DNA of 64,000 bases from Macrostomum lignano (lineage: Eukaryota), in NCBI GenBank assembly GCA_002269645.1, contig NIVC01001561.1, positions 1 through 64,000 of the forward strand, given 5' to 3'. Below, piece by piece: positions 11,201-43,269 of this stretch (position 1 is the stretch's first letter; each line of letters starts with the position of its first letter). The notes under the pieces were generated by a model, which was not told where the DNA came from, ran no database searches, and was given only the letters and a program-made list of their open reading frames with translations. A program made the translations under genes and the position numbers.

Positions 11201-14200
11201 CGTGTATCTAATCTGGGGCATACCGTACTTGAGAATTGCTATTTTAGGAATAAAGCCAAGGCAGAATTGATTTGAACCAATCAGTGAACCAGTGACCTTG
11301 AGATCAAGATAAATATGTATATGATAAGAAAGGTTACAGCCAATCAACGACGTTTGACCTTGAAATAAGACACAGTACTTCGGGTCTTAAAATTGAATGC
11401 TGCAGGCTACCTGACGTCCCACAGCCAGCTCTGACGGCAATGCTGCCCGTTCCGCTGGCTCCTGAGCACACACAAGTGCCCCAATGCTGTACGCAGGCAC
11501 GCACTCATACACTCGCTCACACAGGGTGTACAGCGGCCCTTTGACTTTCCTATCGTCAGGCATGTACACTCTCTGTGTCTTTGGGGCTGAGTGTGAGTCG
11601 CACGATAACGCAGAACGAGAAGTCAATTATTAAAAAAAATTGTTTTGTACTTTTTTCCACAGGACCCGGTCTGGTCTTCCAGGTCTATCCGATAGCGATT
11701 GGCACCCTGCCAGTGGCGCCTCTATGGTCAATCCTGTTCTTCTCCCTGCTCATCACGCTGGGGCTGGATAGTGCGGTAAGGATCCGCGCGCTCAAGAATC
11801 TCTGGCAGACAGATGAACTTCATCAGCCTATTGTAGTCTGTTAAAGTGGAGGATATAAGGAGAGGTCGCAGAAGCACTATTGCCAATGTCAGGTGGAAGA
11901 TTTCAAGCTTCTAGGCCAATATCACACTCGCTTGCAAACCTTTTAACATTCAACACTAGGATGAAATGCTTTTAGCAAATATTTCTTTCAATTTAAAGAG
12001 AAGGCGAGGACCTTAAAAATGCCTTAAATTGAGAATTGCATTGACATTTAGAAAGTCACTGTAAGGCTTGTGTATTGGCCTGTTGAAGAGATAAACAATG
12101 CATACGCATATTTAAACAATTTGAATTCATTTTTGTCATATTGAATATACTGAAAGCCCAAGTAATCAAGATTAATTTCATAATTCTCCCCAGATGGGCG
12201 GCATGGAGTGCCTACTGACTGGCGTCGGCGATCTCATTGAGAAGCCTCTGCGTCGCTACAAAAATGTTCGCGAGATTTTCACCGTCTGTGTGATCGTGTT
12301 CGCCTTCTTCATGTCAATCTTTTTGTGCACCCAGGTAAGTTGCTATTCCGGCTGCGGTTAATTTTTTTCGCGATGACTGGAGTATATTCAATATTTTATA
12401 ACGTCAATTGAATCAATCAACGACAAGTGACCCTGAGAAACAGGAGACAAATGACCTTAAGTAATCCACGGTTTGTTGGACCCCTGCATGGAACCTGTTA
12501 TTTGGATTATTCCATCCAATCGGCGACAAGTGACCTTGAGGAATACACGGTTTGTTGGTCCCCTGCATAGAAATATGCTATTTGGAATATTCTAGCCAAT
12601 CGGCGACAAGTGACCTTGAGGAATACACGGTTTGTTGGTCCCCTGCATAGAAATATGCTATTTGGAATATTCTAGCCAATCGGCGACAAGTGACCTTGAG
12701 GAATGCACGGTTTGTTGGTCTCCTGCATAGGAATCTGCTATTTAGCATAATCTAGCCAATCAGCGACAAGTGACCTTGAGGAATACACAGCTTGTTGCCC
12801 CCGCCCCTCCTGAGAATAGATGTACAACCTGGATGAGTCTAGTAAAAAAAGTGACCTTGAGAAATGGCCTTGAATCATGTAGGCACCTATTTGCGTTATA
12901 AGTCACGCGATCATTCCGCAGGGAGGCATGTACATCTGGAATTTATTGAACAATTTCTCGGCTGGTTTGTCCATTATTGTTGTGGCTTTTTCTCAGGCAA
13001 TTGCAGTCTCTTGGTTCTACGGTAAGTGTGCTTTAATCATTTTTATGCTATTAGCAATTCTACTAAGCATTATTGATTTTACGAAGCTAATTTATTCTAT
13101 TTTTCCTAACCTTGCCGAAGGCTTGGATCAGTTCTGCAAAGATATTAAGGATAATCTGGGATTTTCGCCCGGAATATTTTGGCGCCTGTGTTGGAAGTTT
13201 ATCTCGCCTGTTTTTATTCTGGTGAGTCACTGAGAAAGTGAGGGTGTGAAGGAGAGTAAAGGAGAGTTAGTAAGGGTGAGGGAGAGTGGAGAAGAGTGAC
13301 AGAGTGGATGAGAGTGCAGGAGAGTGGGGGAGATTGACAGAGAGTAAGAGAATGGAAGAGAGTGAGGGACAATGAGGGAGAGTGAGGGACAATGAAGGAG
13401 AGTGAGGGACAATGAGGGAGAGTGAGGGACAATGAGGGAGAGTGAGGGACAATGAGGGAGAGTGAGGGACAATGAGGGAGAGTGAGGGACAATGAGGGAG
13501 AGTGAGGGACAATGAGGGAGAGTGAGGGACAATAAGGGAGAGTGAGGGACAATAAGGGAGAGTGAGGGACAATAAGGGAGAGTGAGGGACAATGAGGGAG
13601 AGTGAGAGACAATGAGGGAGAGTGAGGGACAATGAGGGAGAGTGAGGGACAATGAGGGAGAGTGAGAGACAATGAGGGAGAGTGAGGGACAATGAGGGAG
13701 AGTGAGAGACAATGAGGGAGAGTGAGGGACAATGAGGGAGAGTGAGGGACAATGAGGGAGAGTGAGAGACAATGAGGGAGAGTGAGGGACAATGAGGGAG
13801 AGTGAGGGACAATGAGGGAGAGTGAGGGACAATGAGGGAGAGTGAGAGACAATGAGGGAGAGTGAGGGACAATGAGGGAGAGTGAGAGACAATGAGGGAG
13901 AGTGAGGGACAATGAGGGAGAGTGAGGGACAATGAGGGAGAGTGAGAGACAATGAGGGAGAGTGAGGGACAATGAGGGAGAGTGAGAGACAATGAGGGAG
14001 AGTGAGGGACAATGAGGGAGAGTGAGGGACAACACAATAGGTCTTAACTAAATATCAAAAGTACTAATTCAGGGTCCTACGAGCGTATTTACTGTATGTT
14101 TACGCAAAACTATCATTAAGACGAAAAGAAAAGTACAAAATTCAGAAGCACTATGCAAACAAAAGCAGAAAACATGTTGTTATTTGAAAAAGCATTATTT

Positions 14201-15809
14201 AAATTCCAGGTGATCATTGTGTTCAACATTGTCATACTGATGGATTCGTCGAGTTTTCTGTACTTTTACAAGTACACCGAGTACCATCCCGAGCTGTTCG
14301 CTAATCGCACCGAGGGTAATAATTATTTCTATTTTTATCCCACCGGAGGCAAACTGATCGGCTGGGGCATCTGCGCGATCCAGCTGGGCATGATTCCGGC
14401 CTTGGCTGTGTACGCTATCGTGTCCTACAAAGTAAGCCTCTCCTGCAGATAATAGCCAACCCCCACACTTGGTACCTCTGACGCACAGTTTAATGCGTCT
14501 GACACCAACTTTTATGCCCCTGATAGTCAGTTTTGGTGTCCTGACATCCCAGTTTTGGTGTCCTGACATTCCAGTTTTGGTGTCCTGACATTCCAGTTTT
14601 GGTGTCCTGAAATCCCATTTTTGGTGACGTGAAATCCCATTTTTGGTGACGTGAAATCCCAGTTTTGGTGTCCTGAAATCCCATTTTTGGTGACGTGAAA
14701 TCCCATTTTTGGTGACGTGAAATCCCATTTTTGGTGACGTGAAATCCCAGTTTTGGTGTCCTGTCATTCCAGTTTTGGTGTCCTGTCATTCCAGTTTTGG
14801 TGTCCTGACATTTCCAGTTTTGGTGTCCTGTCATTCCAGTTTTGGTGTCCTGTTATTCCAGTTTTGGTGTCCTGTCATTCTAGTTTTGGTGTCCTGACAT
14901 TCCAGTTTTGGTGTCCTGTCATTCTAGTTTTGGTGTCCTGTCATTCCAGTTTTGGTGTCCTGACATTTCCAGTTTTGGTGTCCTGACATTCCAGTTTTGG
15001 TGTCCTGACATTTCCAGTTTTGGTGTCCTGTCATTCCAGTTTTGGTGTCCTGTCATTCCAGTTTTGGTGTCCTGTCATTCCAGTTTTGGTGTCCTGTCAT
15101 TCCAGTTTTGGTGTCCTGACATTTCCAGTTTTGGTGTCCTGTCATTCCAGTTTTGGTGTCCTGTCATTCCAGTTTTGGTGTCCTGTCATTCCAGTTTTGG
15201 TGTCCTGTCATTCCAGTTTTGGTGTCCTGACATTTCCAGTTTTGGTGTCCTGAAATTTCCAGTTTTGGTGTCCTGTCATTCTAGTTTTGTTGAAATGACA
15301 CCCCAGTTTTGGTGACCTGTTACTCCAGTTTTGCTGACCTGACACCCCAGTTTTGCTGACCTGACACCCCAGTTTTGGTGTCATGACATCCGGCCAGTCA
15401 AATGCTTCTGTCACAAGTTGTTTCGGTGATTCTGACACCCTGTTTGGCGCCACAGACACCTAGTTACATGAAGGTGCAACAGGCTATTAGATTGAATTCC
15501 CTGACACACCTCTGACTCAACAATTGTAAAAAACTTCAACCAGAGTCTGGCGAAGGCCATCACTCCGATCCGCGATCACCGGTTGGTGGATTCGGTCACG
15601 TGACTCGCTACACCATCCGCCATTGGCTGTCCCTGGGACCAATGGACACTTTCCCATTGGACCTGATCCACCGGGCTTGGTCTAAGCGTCGCCATGGCAA
15701 CAAGAGCAACGCCAACGCGTCCGAAGCCGAGGATGGAGACGGCAACCACAAAGCATCGGAGAGCTACCCGATGACTGGAAGCTCGAAAGTAGTTGATGAA
15801 GATGGCTGA
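8251..15809 (+). CDS. SLC6 sodium:neurotransmitter symporter, catecholamine (dopamine/noradrenaline) transporter-like
   Basis: Exons 8251-8565, 9141-9463, 10094-10367, 10946-11174, 11663-11775, 12194-12334, 12922-13021, 13121-13221, 14210-14431, 15544-15809; all GT-AG with consistent phases. Motifs [29 protein letters not shown] (TM1 Asp of monoamine transporters), [19 protein letters not shown] (DAT/NET type) and C-terminal RHWL. One-base discrepancy in the last exon near 15593. Confidence 0.93.
8602..9135. repeat. 9-bp pyrimidine-rich minisatellite (CACTCCCTT)
   Basis: Fills SLC6 intron 1. Confidence 0.9.
9498..9968. repeat. 19-22 bp minisatellite (CACCTGATCCTCCAGTGGGT)
   Basis: About 23 units in SLC6 intron 2. 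Confidence 0.9.
10540..10765. repeat. 20-bp minisatellite (AAGATTCACCAAACCCTARG)
   Basis: About 10 units in SLC6 intron 3. Confidence 0.85.
11400..11590 (-). mobile_element. Diverged SINE family A core fragment
   Basis: Shares CACAGAGAGTGTACATGCC...GGGCCGCTGTACAC-CTGTGTGAG...GTGCCTGCGTAC...GCTCAGGA with the full copies. Confidence 0.6.
12410..12800. repeat. 80-bp tandem repeat, ~4-5 copies
   Basis: CRGCGACAAGTGACCTTGAGG recurs at 12521, 12601, 12681, 12761. Confidence 0.9.
13228..14032. repeat. 20-bp purine-rich minisatellite (GAGGGACAATGAGGGAGAGT)
   Basis: About 38 units starting at the exon 8 donor. Confidence 0.95.
14528..15382. repeat. 22-23 bp minisatellite (CCAGTTTTGGTGTCCTGTCATT)
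   Basis: About 38 units in the last SLC6 intron. Confidence 0.95.
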
Positions 15810-16859
15810 GTCTGAGCATCGACCTGTGACGTTTCTAGAGTATAAGTGGACGCTCTGGGTTTTAAAATCATCTCGAACAGTTAGTAGATTTAAGGAATTT
15901 ATTTTTCTCGAGATTTCGAATAGTTTAACTCTATTAGCAATACTCTGAAACAGCCTTCGTAGGCTGGAAGCGAGCCATGGTAATTGATGATAAATTAACG
16001 ACTTTTTCTGTAGCGTATCATATTTTAGCATATATATATATACATTGGGATAGTTACTAATTATTAAGTTATATTGAAATCACATGTCAGCTAATAGTCA
16101 CAGAAAGGTAGTTCATGGGTCTGTCTAGGCGCCTAAGCCTTGATAAAATGCGACCATTTATCGTCATGCGTTTTTTATCTACTTCTATTAGTGTATTTTA
16201 ATCATATCTATCTATCTATTTGGGGGGTTGTTTGATTGAGCTAGATTTTTTCACCTCTATTACATTTCACTTTCATTAGCAATGTTATCCGCCATATTTA
16301 TTATTTACGATTCTATAGAGTTACAAGTTACTTATCGCCGTTAGACATTTACTGACATTGTTAGACGCGTTCTTTGCGCGTTGAAATGCACTTTGAATAT
16401 TTTACGTACTGCTCTAACAGTGTTTAAGTTACGACGTACCCTCCCAACGGTTAGCACTCTGGTGTATTTCTAGTACACAATAAAAGCAAAGTCCGCTGCA
16501 ATTGCAGCCACTAGAATGTCTTGCACTACTATCGATGACTCTTAGCGTCACGTCTTTCTCCTGTGTGCTCCTAGCTTCCAGGGGACACAATGCTACACTT
16601 TACTTTTTAGCAAATGGCTAGCATTAAAGCTGAAAAAGCTGCTGCGTCTTTCTTATCGAAAAAATCTTTCAGCCAGGCGTTGACAAAGCGATCGATGGCT
16701 ACTGATGGTCCCTGGCAGTTCTCAGGCGCCATCAGCCGAAGCATCAGTTCCGTGCAAAGCCGAGTAAAAGTCATCTGAACCCATAAAACTTGGCCTCCAC
16801 CTGATGGTGTGGACAAGCACAAAACTGCTCAATTCGCAAGAAAAGTACGGTAGATAGAT

Positions 16860-17224
16860 TTTTTTATTAGAGGCAGGGGGGTTGTGTGCACCCTGGCGCA
16901 CTTTAAGCAACATAGGCACACAACCGGCGAGAGGCATTACTGCCCATTCCGCCGACTCCCCTGAGCAGGCGTACAAGCGCGCGGATACGTACGCAGGCAC
17001 ACACTCACACAGGAGTGTACAGCGGCCCTAACTTTATATTATCGTTAGGCATGTACACTTCACTGCGCCTTGGGGGGGGGGTTGGCTCTCAAGGCCGTTA
17101 ATTGCACGAGCAGAGCCAAGCCGAGATTCCAATTCAGCCCCAAATTAATGCGACTGCACATGGAATCGAGCCTGGGTCGCTGGCACACCAGAGCAGCTGC
17201 GCTACCGCTGGGCTACGGCTCCCC
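16860..17224 (-). mobile_element. tRNA-derived SINE, family A, full-length copy
   Basis: Reverse complement reads GGGGAGCCGTAGCCCAGCGGTAGCG...GGCTCGATTCC...GGGCCGCTGTACACTCCTGTGTGAG...GGGTGCACACAACCCC-GCCTCTAATAAAAAA, matching 3125-3465. Confidence 0.75.
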
Positions 17225-17838
17225 TCTCGGTAGATTAGATCAGATCTTTAATGTACTTCAAATGGGCTGTCCCGGTTTTTACCAATCTAAGACTTTGTTA
17301 TACTCCGCTTAGCCACAGGACGCATAAGGTCGTACAATAAAGTTTCTGATGCACTCTGATTAAAAAAATCAATCTTGAAGGTCAAACACGAAAGTTCTCT
17401 GTGCAAATTTTGTTAAAAGGCTTAGGAATAATCCGTAAGAATCTGTTTGCTCCGGTACAAGTCAACGAATATGGTGGATGACGACGTTTTTTTAAACTGT
17501 AAAAAAACCTAAGCGAGTCGACTCCATTACAGCTTACAGGAAGGTGAGGTCGGATGGAGAAGACAAACCGGAAGCTGAGGGGGAAACTAGGAGAGTTTAT
17601 GCAGGGCAGGGGAAGAGAATTTGATGAATGACAAGAACTAACAACGGCCAGCCAATGGACTGCTTAGTTTCTCTGTATCCAGGATGCATAAAAATCCGCA
17701 CCAGTTCAATCTAGTCAGAAGCAGCCCCAAGCAAACTCCCTACTTTCTCCTCGACTGCAATTGACTGCAATTGACTTTTACCAGTGTTGCCTATCGGAGT
17801 CGGACATTCGTAAACAAGCAAGCAACTCTTCTGCTGCT

Positions 17839-19214
17839 ATGGTGAGTTTCAAACCTCTCAATTTTTGGAGCAGAGAAAAAAATCAGCAGGCTGTCGTGAG
17901 ACCAATCCCCCATGGCACAGAGAGTGCACATACCTTACGCAAGGACCACTAGAATTTACCGGTAACCTCCCGGTAGCAACCTCCCGGTAGCAACCTCCCG
18001 GTAGCAACCTCCCGGTAGCAACCTCCCGGTAGCAACCTCCAGGTAGCAACCTCTCTATAGGAACCTCCCGGTAGCAACCTTTCTATAGGAACCTCCCGGT
18101 AGCAACCTCTCTATAGCAACCCCCGGTAGCAACCTCCCAATAGGAAACCTCCTATAGCAACCTCCCGATAGGAAACCTCCCGGTAGGAAATCCTTGTGTT
18201 AGAAACTTCAAAATCGGAATCGGGAGCCTTCTAAACATTTGCGTCCGGATTATAGCTTGGTAAGCATCCGTAAATAAACCACAGGCCTCGAACCGACTGA
18301 TTCTACTGCTGATTCTCCAATCAGTGCTCTTCTATCTGCTCTGCGAAGGCTCTTGCAGCACGGGACCTGGCCAGACTGTCTGCAGCATTCCGTGCGCCTC
18401 ACTTGCTACTGGTTGCCAGTTTGCAGAGGCCTACAAGCTGTGCAAACAGTGCCTCAGCCACGAGTCAACTGAAGCTACAGCTGCAACAACATCTGGTACT
18501 CCAACAGCGACATCGCAAACAAGCACGTCGAGCCCTACAGCCGCTCTAATCTCCAACTTGGTGGCATTCTATGACCTTCGTCAGAGCTACACTAACCAAG
18601 CTGGCACGGGCCCTAGCAAGTACAACTTGACTCCATCATCGGCTGTAACTCGGAGCTCTTCTGGCGCCGCATTTGACGGCACGACAAGCTCCTACATTGA
18701 CCTTGACACGCAGTCGCAGGCGCTACTAACTCCAATGTCTCGCAGCGATCTGAGCAGTTTCAGCTTCTACGTTAGAGCTCAACGCCGCACCTTCTACATG
18801 TCTACCTATCACTACCTGTTCGACTGCGCCACTCCCACTAGCAGCTATTATTCGGGTCTGTTTGGCGAGAAAAGTGGAGCTCTGCTACTGGAGCACAGCA
18901 TGACCAGCCCCGATAATAAACTGAAGCTGACCTCCACCCAGTCGTTCGGAGCCGTTGACGGCAGCTTGGTGAACGTCTCTCTGGGGATCGCCATGCGAGA
19001 TGGCGCTTTCGACAGCCTGTTTGGGCAGGGCAGCGTATATACCTCGGCTACGATTAGTGCGCAAGCTTACACATACGCACCCTCCTGCCTCAGGCTGGGC
19101 TATCACGCCTCGGTCGGTTACGGACTCAGCGGTAATCTGGTCTGCTACGCCATCGCTAATTGGACTCTGAGCGCTGCGGAGTTCGCCCTGCTGCACGCCC
19201 GCTGCGGGCCGTGA
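17839..19214 (+). CDS. Secreted protein (~310 aa): signal peptide, Cys-rich module, Thr/Ser linker, LamG/concanavalin-A-like domain
   Basis: ATG|gtgagt at 17839-17841 spliced to acag|GCC at 18285, in frame with ORF 18324-19214, gives MASNRLILLLILQSVLFYLLCEG. LVAFYDL...FDGTTSSYIDL...SFSFYV...L-G-L---AI-N-TLS--E pattern resembles LamG_3. The domain call is by eye. Confidence 0.72.
17962..18190. repeat. 15-bp minisatellite (GTAGCAACCTCCCGG-like)
   Basis: In the single intron of the LamG-like gene. Confidence 0.85.
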
Positions 19215-19601
19215 ATCGATGAATGATTTGTTAGCGATTGAGTGAACTTACTTGTGAATTTATGAGTAGTTTATCAGTACGTCTATTAGTGAATTTATGA
19301 GTGAAAATGGCTGCTACAGTTAAAAAATAAATGAAGTTTATGAGATAAATAAATCTCAAGTTCTGTCTCAAACTGCAAGCCAACCTGTTCCTGCTTAACA
19401 TATAGTCTTTGTTCCTGATGCTCAAATGTGAAATTTATGCTTTCTGAGACTCAGCGGCTGATTGCGGGCTCTTGTCTATGGTTGAAACCCAAACTTCAAG
19501 CTTTTAGCGATCTTGTTATATTATGCATCCGTGGACGCTTTCACACCTTATTAACCAAATGCAATCGCCGAATTTTGGTGTCAATCTCGCAACCGATTGT
19601 C

Positions 19602-41363
<21,762 letters not shown>

Positions 41364-41672
41364 TGCAGGAATGATACGGCTGCTATACCATCAAAGTGTT
41401 GATATCGACATCTACTAATTAATCAATAGACAATAATCTATTAATTACCATTGACCGAAAAAATAAAATAATAGCTCGTAATTTAACTTTGATTCTCGGA
41501 ACTCTGATCAGCATGACAGAAATGCAGCTTCAAGCATGATTGAACTAGCCTCAATTTTAATCATTTCTAATTCCGGAGGACTGTTTTTATTTTTTCACTT
41601 AATATTACAAAGTTTCAATAACCCTCTATTTTGGTATCATTACAAATAAAAATTATTTAAAGATATTATGCC

Positions 41673-41955
41673 CAGTGGCGTAGCCAGGGGGGGGCGGGGG
41701 CCGCGCCCCCCCCCCCAATCGCCTGGGGGTGGGGTTGGGCGCGGCAGGTACCAAAAACCATGAGGCAATTGAGTGCCTCCGGCGCTAAAATGAGTGCCTG
41801 CGACGCCAAAATGAGTGCCTGCGACGCTAAAATGAGTGCCTGCGGCGCCAAAATGAGTGCCTACGGCGATAAAAGTGGCAATGGCATAAGGGCATAAGGA
41901 TGGCCAGCCAAGCCAACCCGCCCCCCTTCAATTGAAATTCCTGGCTACGCCACTG
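41673..41955. mobile_element. hAT-type MITE, 283 bp
   Basis: Perfect 16-bp TIR CAGTGGCGTAGCCAGG / CCTGGCTACGCCACTG; perfect 8-bp TSD ATTATGCC (41665-41672, 41956-41963); internal 21-bp tandem repeat AAAATGAGTGCCTGCGACGCY. Confidence 0.92.
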
Positions 41956-43269
41956 ATTATGCCTAACCAAATGCGGCATTTCCAATTTTCCTAATAAAAA
42001 TTACTAAACTGTAATACACGATTGTTACGATTTCATTCAGGTGCGCAGCTTTTGGTTTTACATCATCTTTCTCTCTTTCTCTCTAAAAAACATTGTACAT
42101 ATACATGTATAATACATATAGATATTGATAAACAAATATACATATACGTGGCTTTTGGATTAAACGTGTAGAAAAAAAAAAATTGCTTTTTTCAACGGCT
42201 TTATACACTAAAACTAAATTTAAAAAAAGCGTAAAACAAATATATTAAAAACATTGTGCTCCAGAGCTTAAAAATCTGAAGACAGGCCTATGATGTAAAA
42301 AAATATACATATTCATTAACTCCCATTAAAATTTAATCAGTCTTTGTATATGTAGGCAGGACAACCGAGAAAGATAGGATGGATTCAATTTGCAAAGAAA
42401 TTGTGATCTGAATTCAGTCACTCTGAAACACTTAGTTAAAGTGCTACCTTCAATATTTAATTTAAGCGAGTTATTTCTTAGTTTTTATTAAATTTTTATA
42501 ATTTCTTTAGTTGTCTGTTTGTGAGCATCAACTTTACTGCGGTAGATTTTTCTGATTTAGAGATATTATTAAATTTTGTGATCATAATTTTAAAAAATTA
42601 GCAACGCTTATCGTATATTTCTAGTTGGATATGGGAGTTTTAAGTAATTATTTTCTAGCTTGGTTTTAAGAAAGCCTTCTGATTGCTATAATGATCTAGA
42701 TAGGAATATAGTTCTTTATATTTTTTATGGTATAATGATATACTTGTAACTTGGAATAATATTTCATTTTCTTATATTTTAAGTCAGCATGTTCAGTGTA
42801 TTGGTTAGTGAAGCCATTTTTTATTTAAGTGCAAGATTTATTTATTTGTATTGTATTGAGTACTGACATTAGTTTCGAGATTCCACCTCATGAATAAAAT
42901 TCAGGTAATTTTTTTTTGTTTGGAGCTGAAAAATTAAAGACTTCTAAAACTTATTTCTTATATGTATCTTTCTTACTTTATATTCTAGAATTTATTTAAC
43001 TAAAAAAGGTTTTATTTGCTACTCTTATCAGTCTTGCTTTTTAGATAATAAAAATATAATAAATTCGTGACTCTCATAAAAGACCCTCATGCTTCTCTCA
43101 TAAAAGATAGTATACAAAGACTACATTCAAATCATTTTTACTTAGCTGATGGTCTAAGTAGCTAAGTTTTTGCTTTAATGGCAATTTTTTCGCCGACTAT
43201 GTTTCTATCTACATGTGCAAACTTTTTCACTATGAAATTTGCAGCAATAGATTAAAATCGGTGCCAGTC

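Noticed and set aside
11535-11560. Hammerhead ribozyme core (CUGACGA-UAG-GAAA on the minus strand of a SINE fragment)
   Set aside because: No stem III/UH can be formed, and the other copies lack CUGANGA or GAAA (CUAACGAUAAAUAAAG, CCGGAAGAUGAGAAAG).
12410-12800. CRISPR-like arrays (80-bp, 49-bp and 14-bp periodic repeats)
   Set aside because: The sequence between repeated words is itself repeated (no unique spacers), there are no cas genes, and the context is eukaryotic.
15601-15603. Stop-codon readthrough or selenocysteine at the SLC6 TGA
   Set aside because: Readthrough stays in the wrong frame and does not restore the conserved RYTIRHWL; a one-base indel explains the data.
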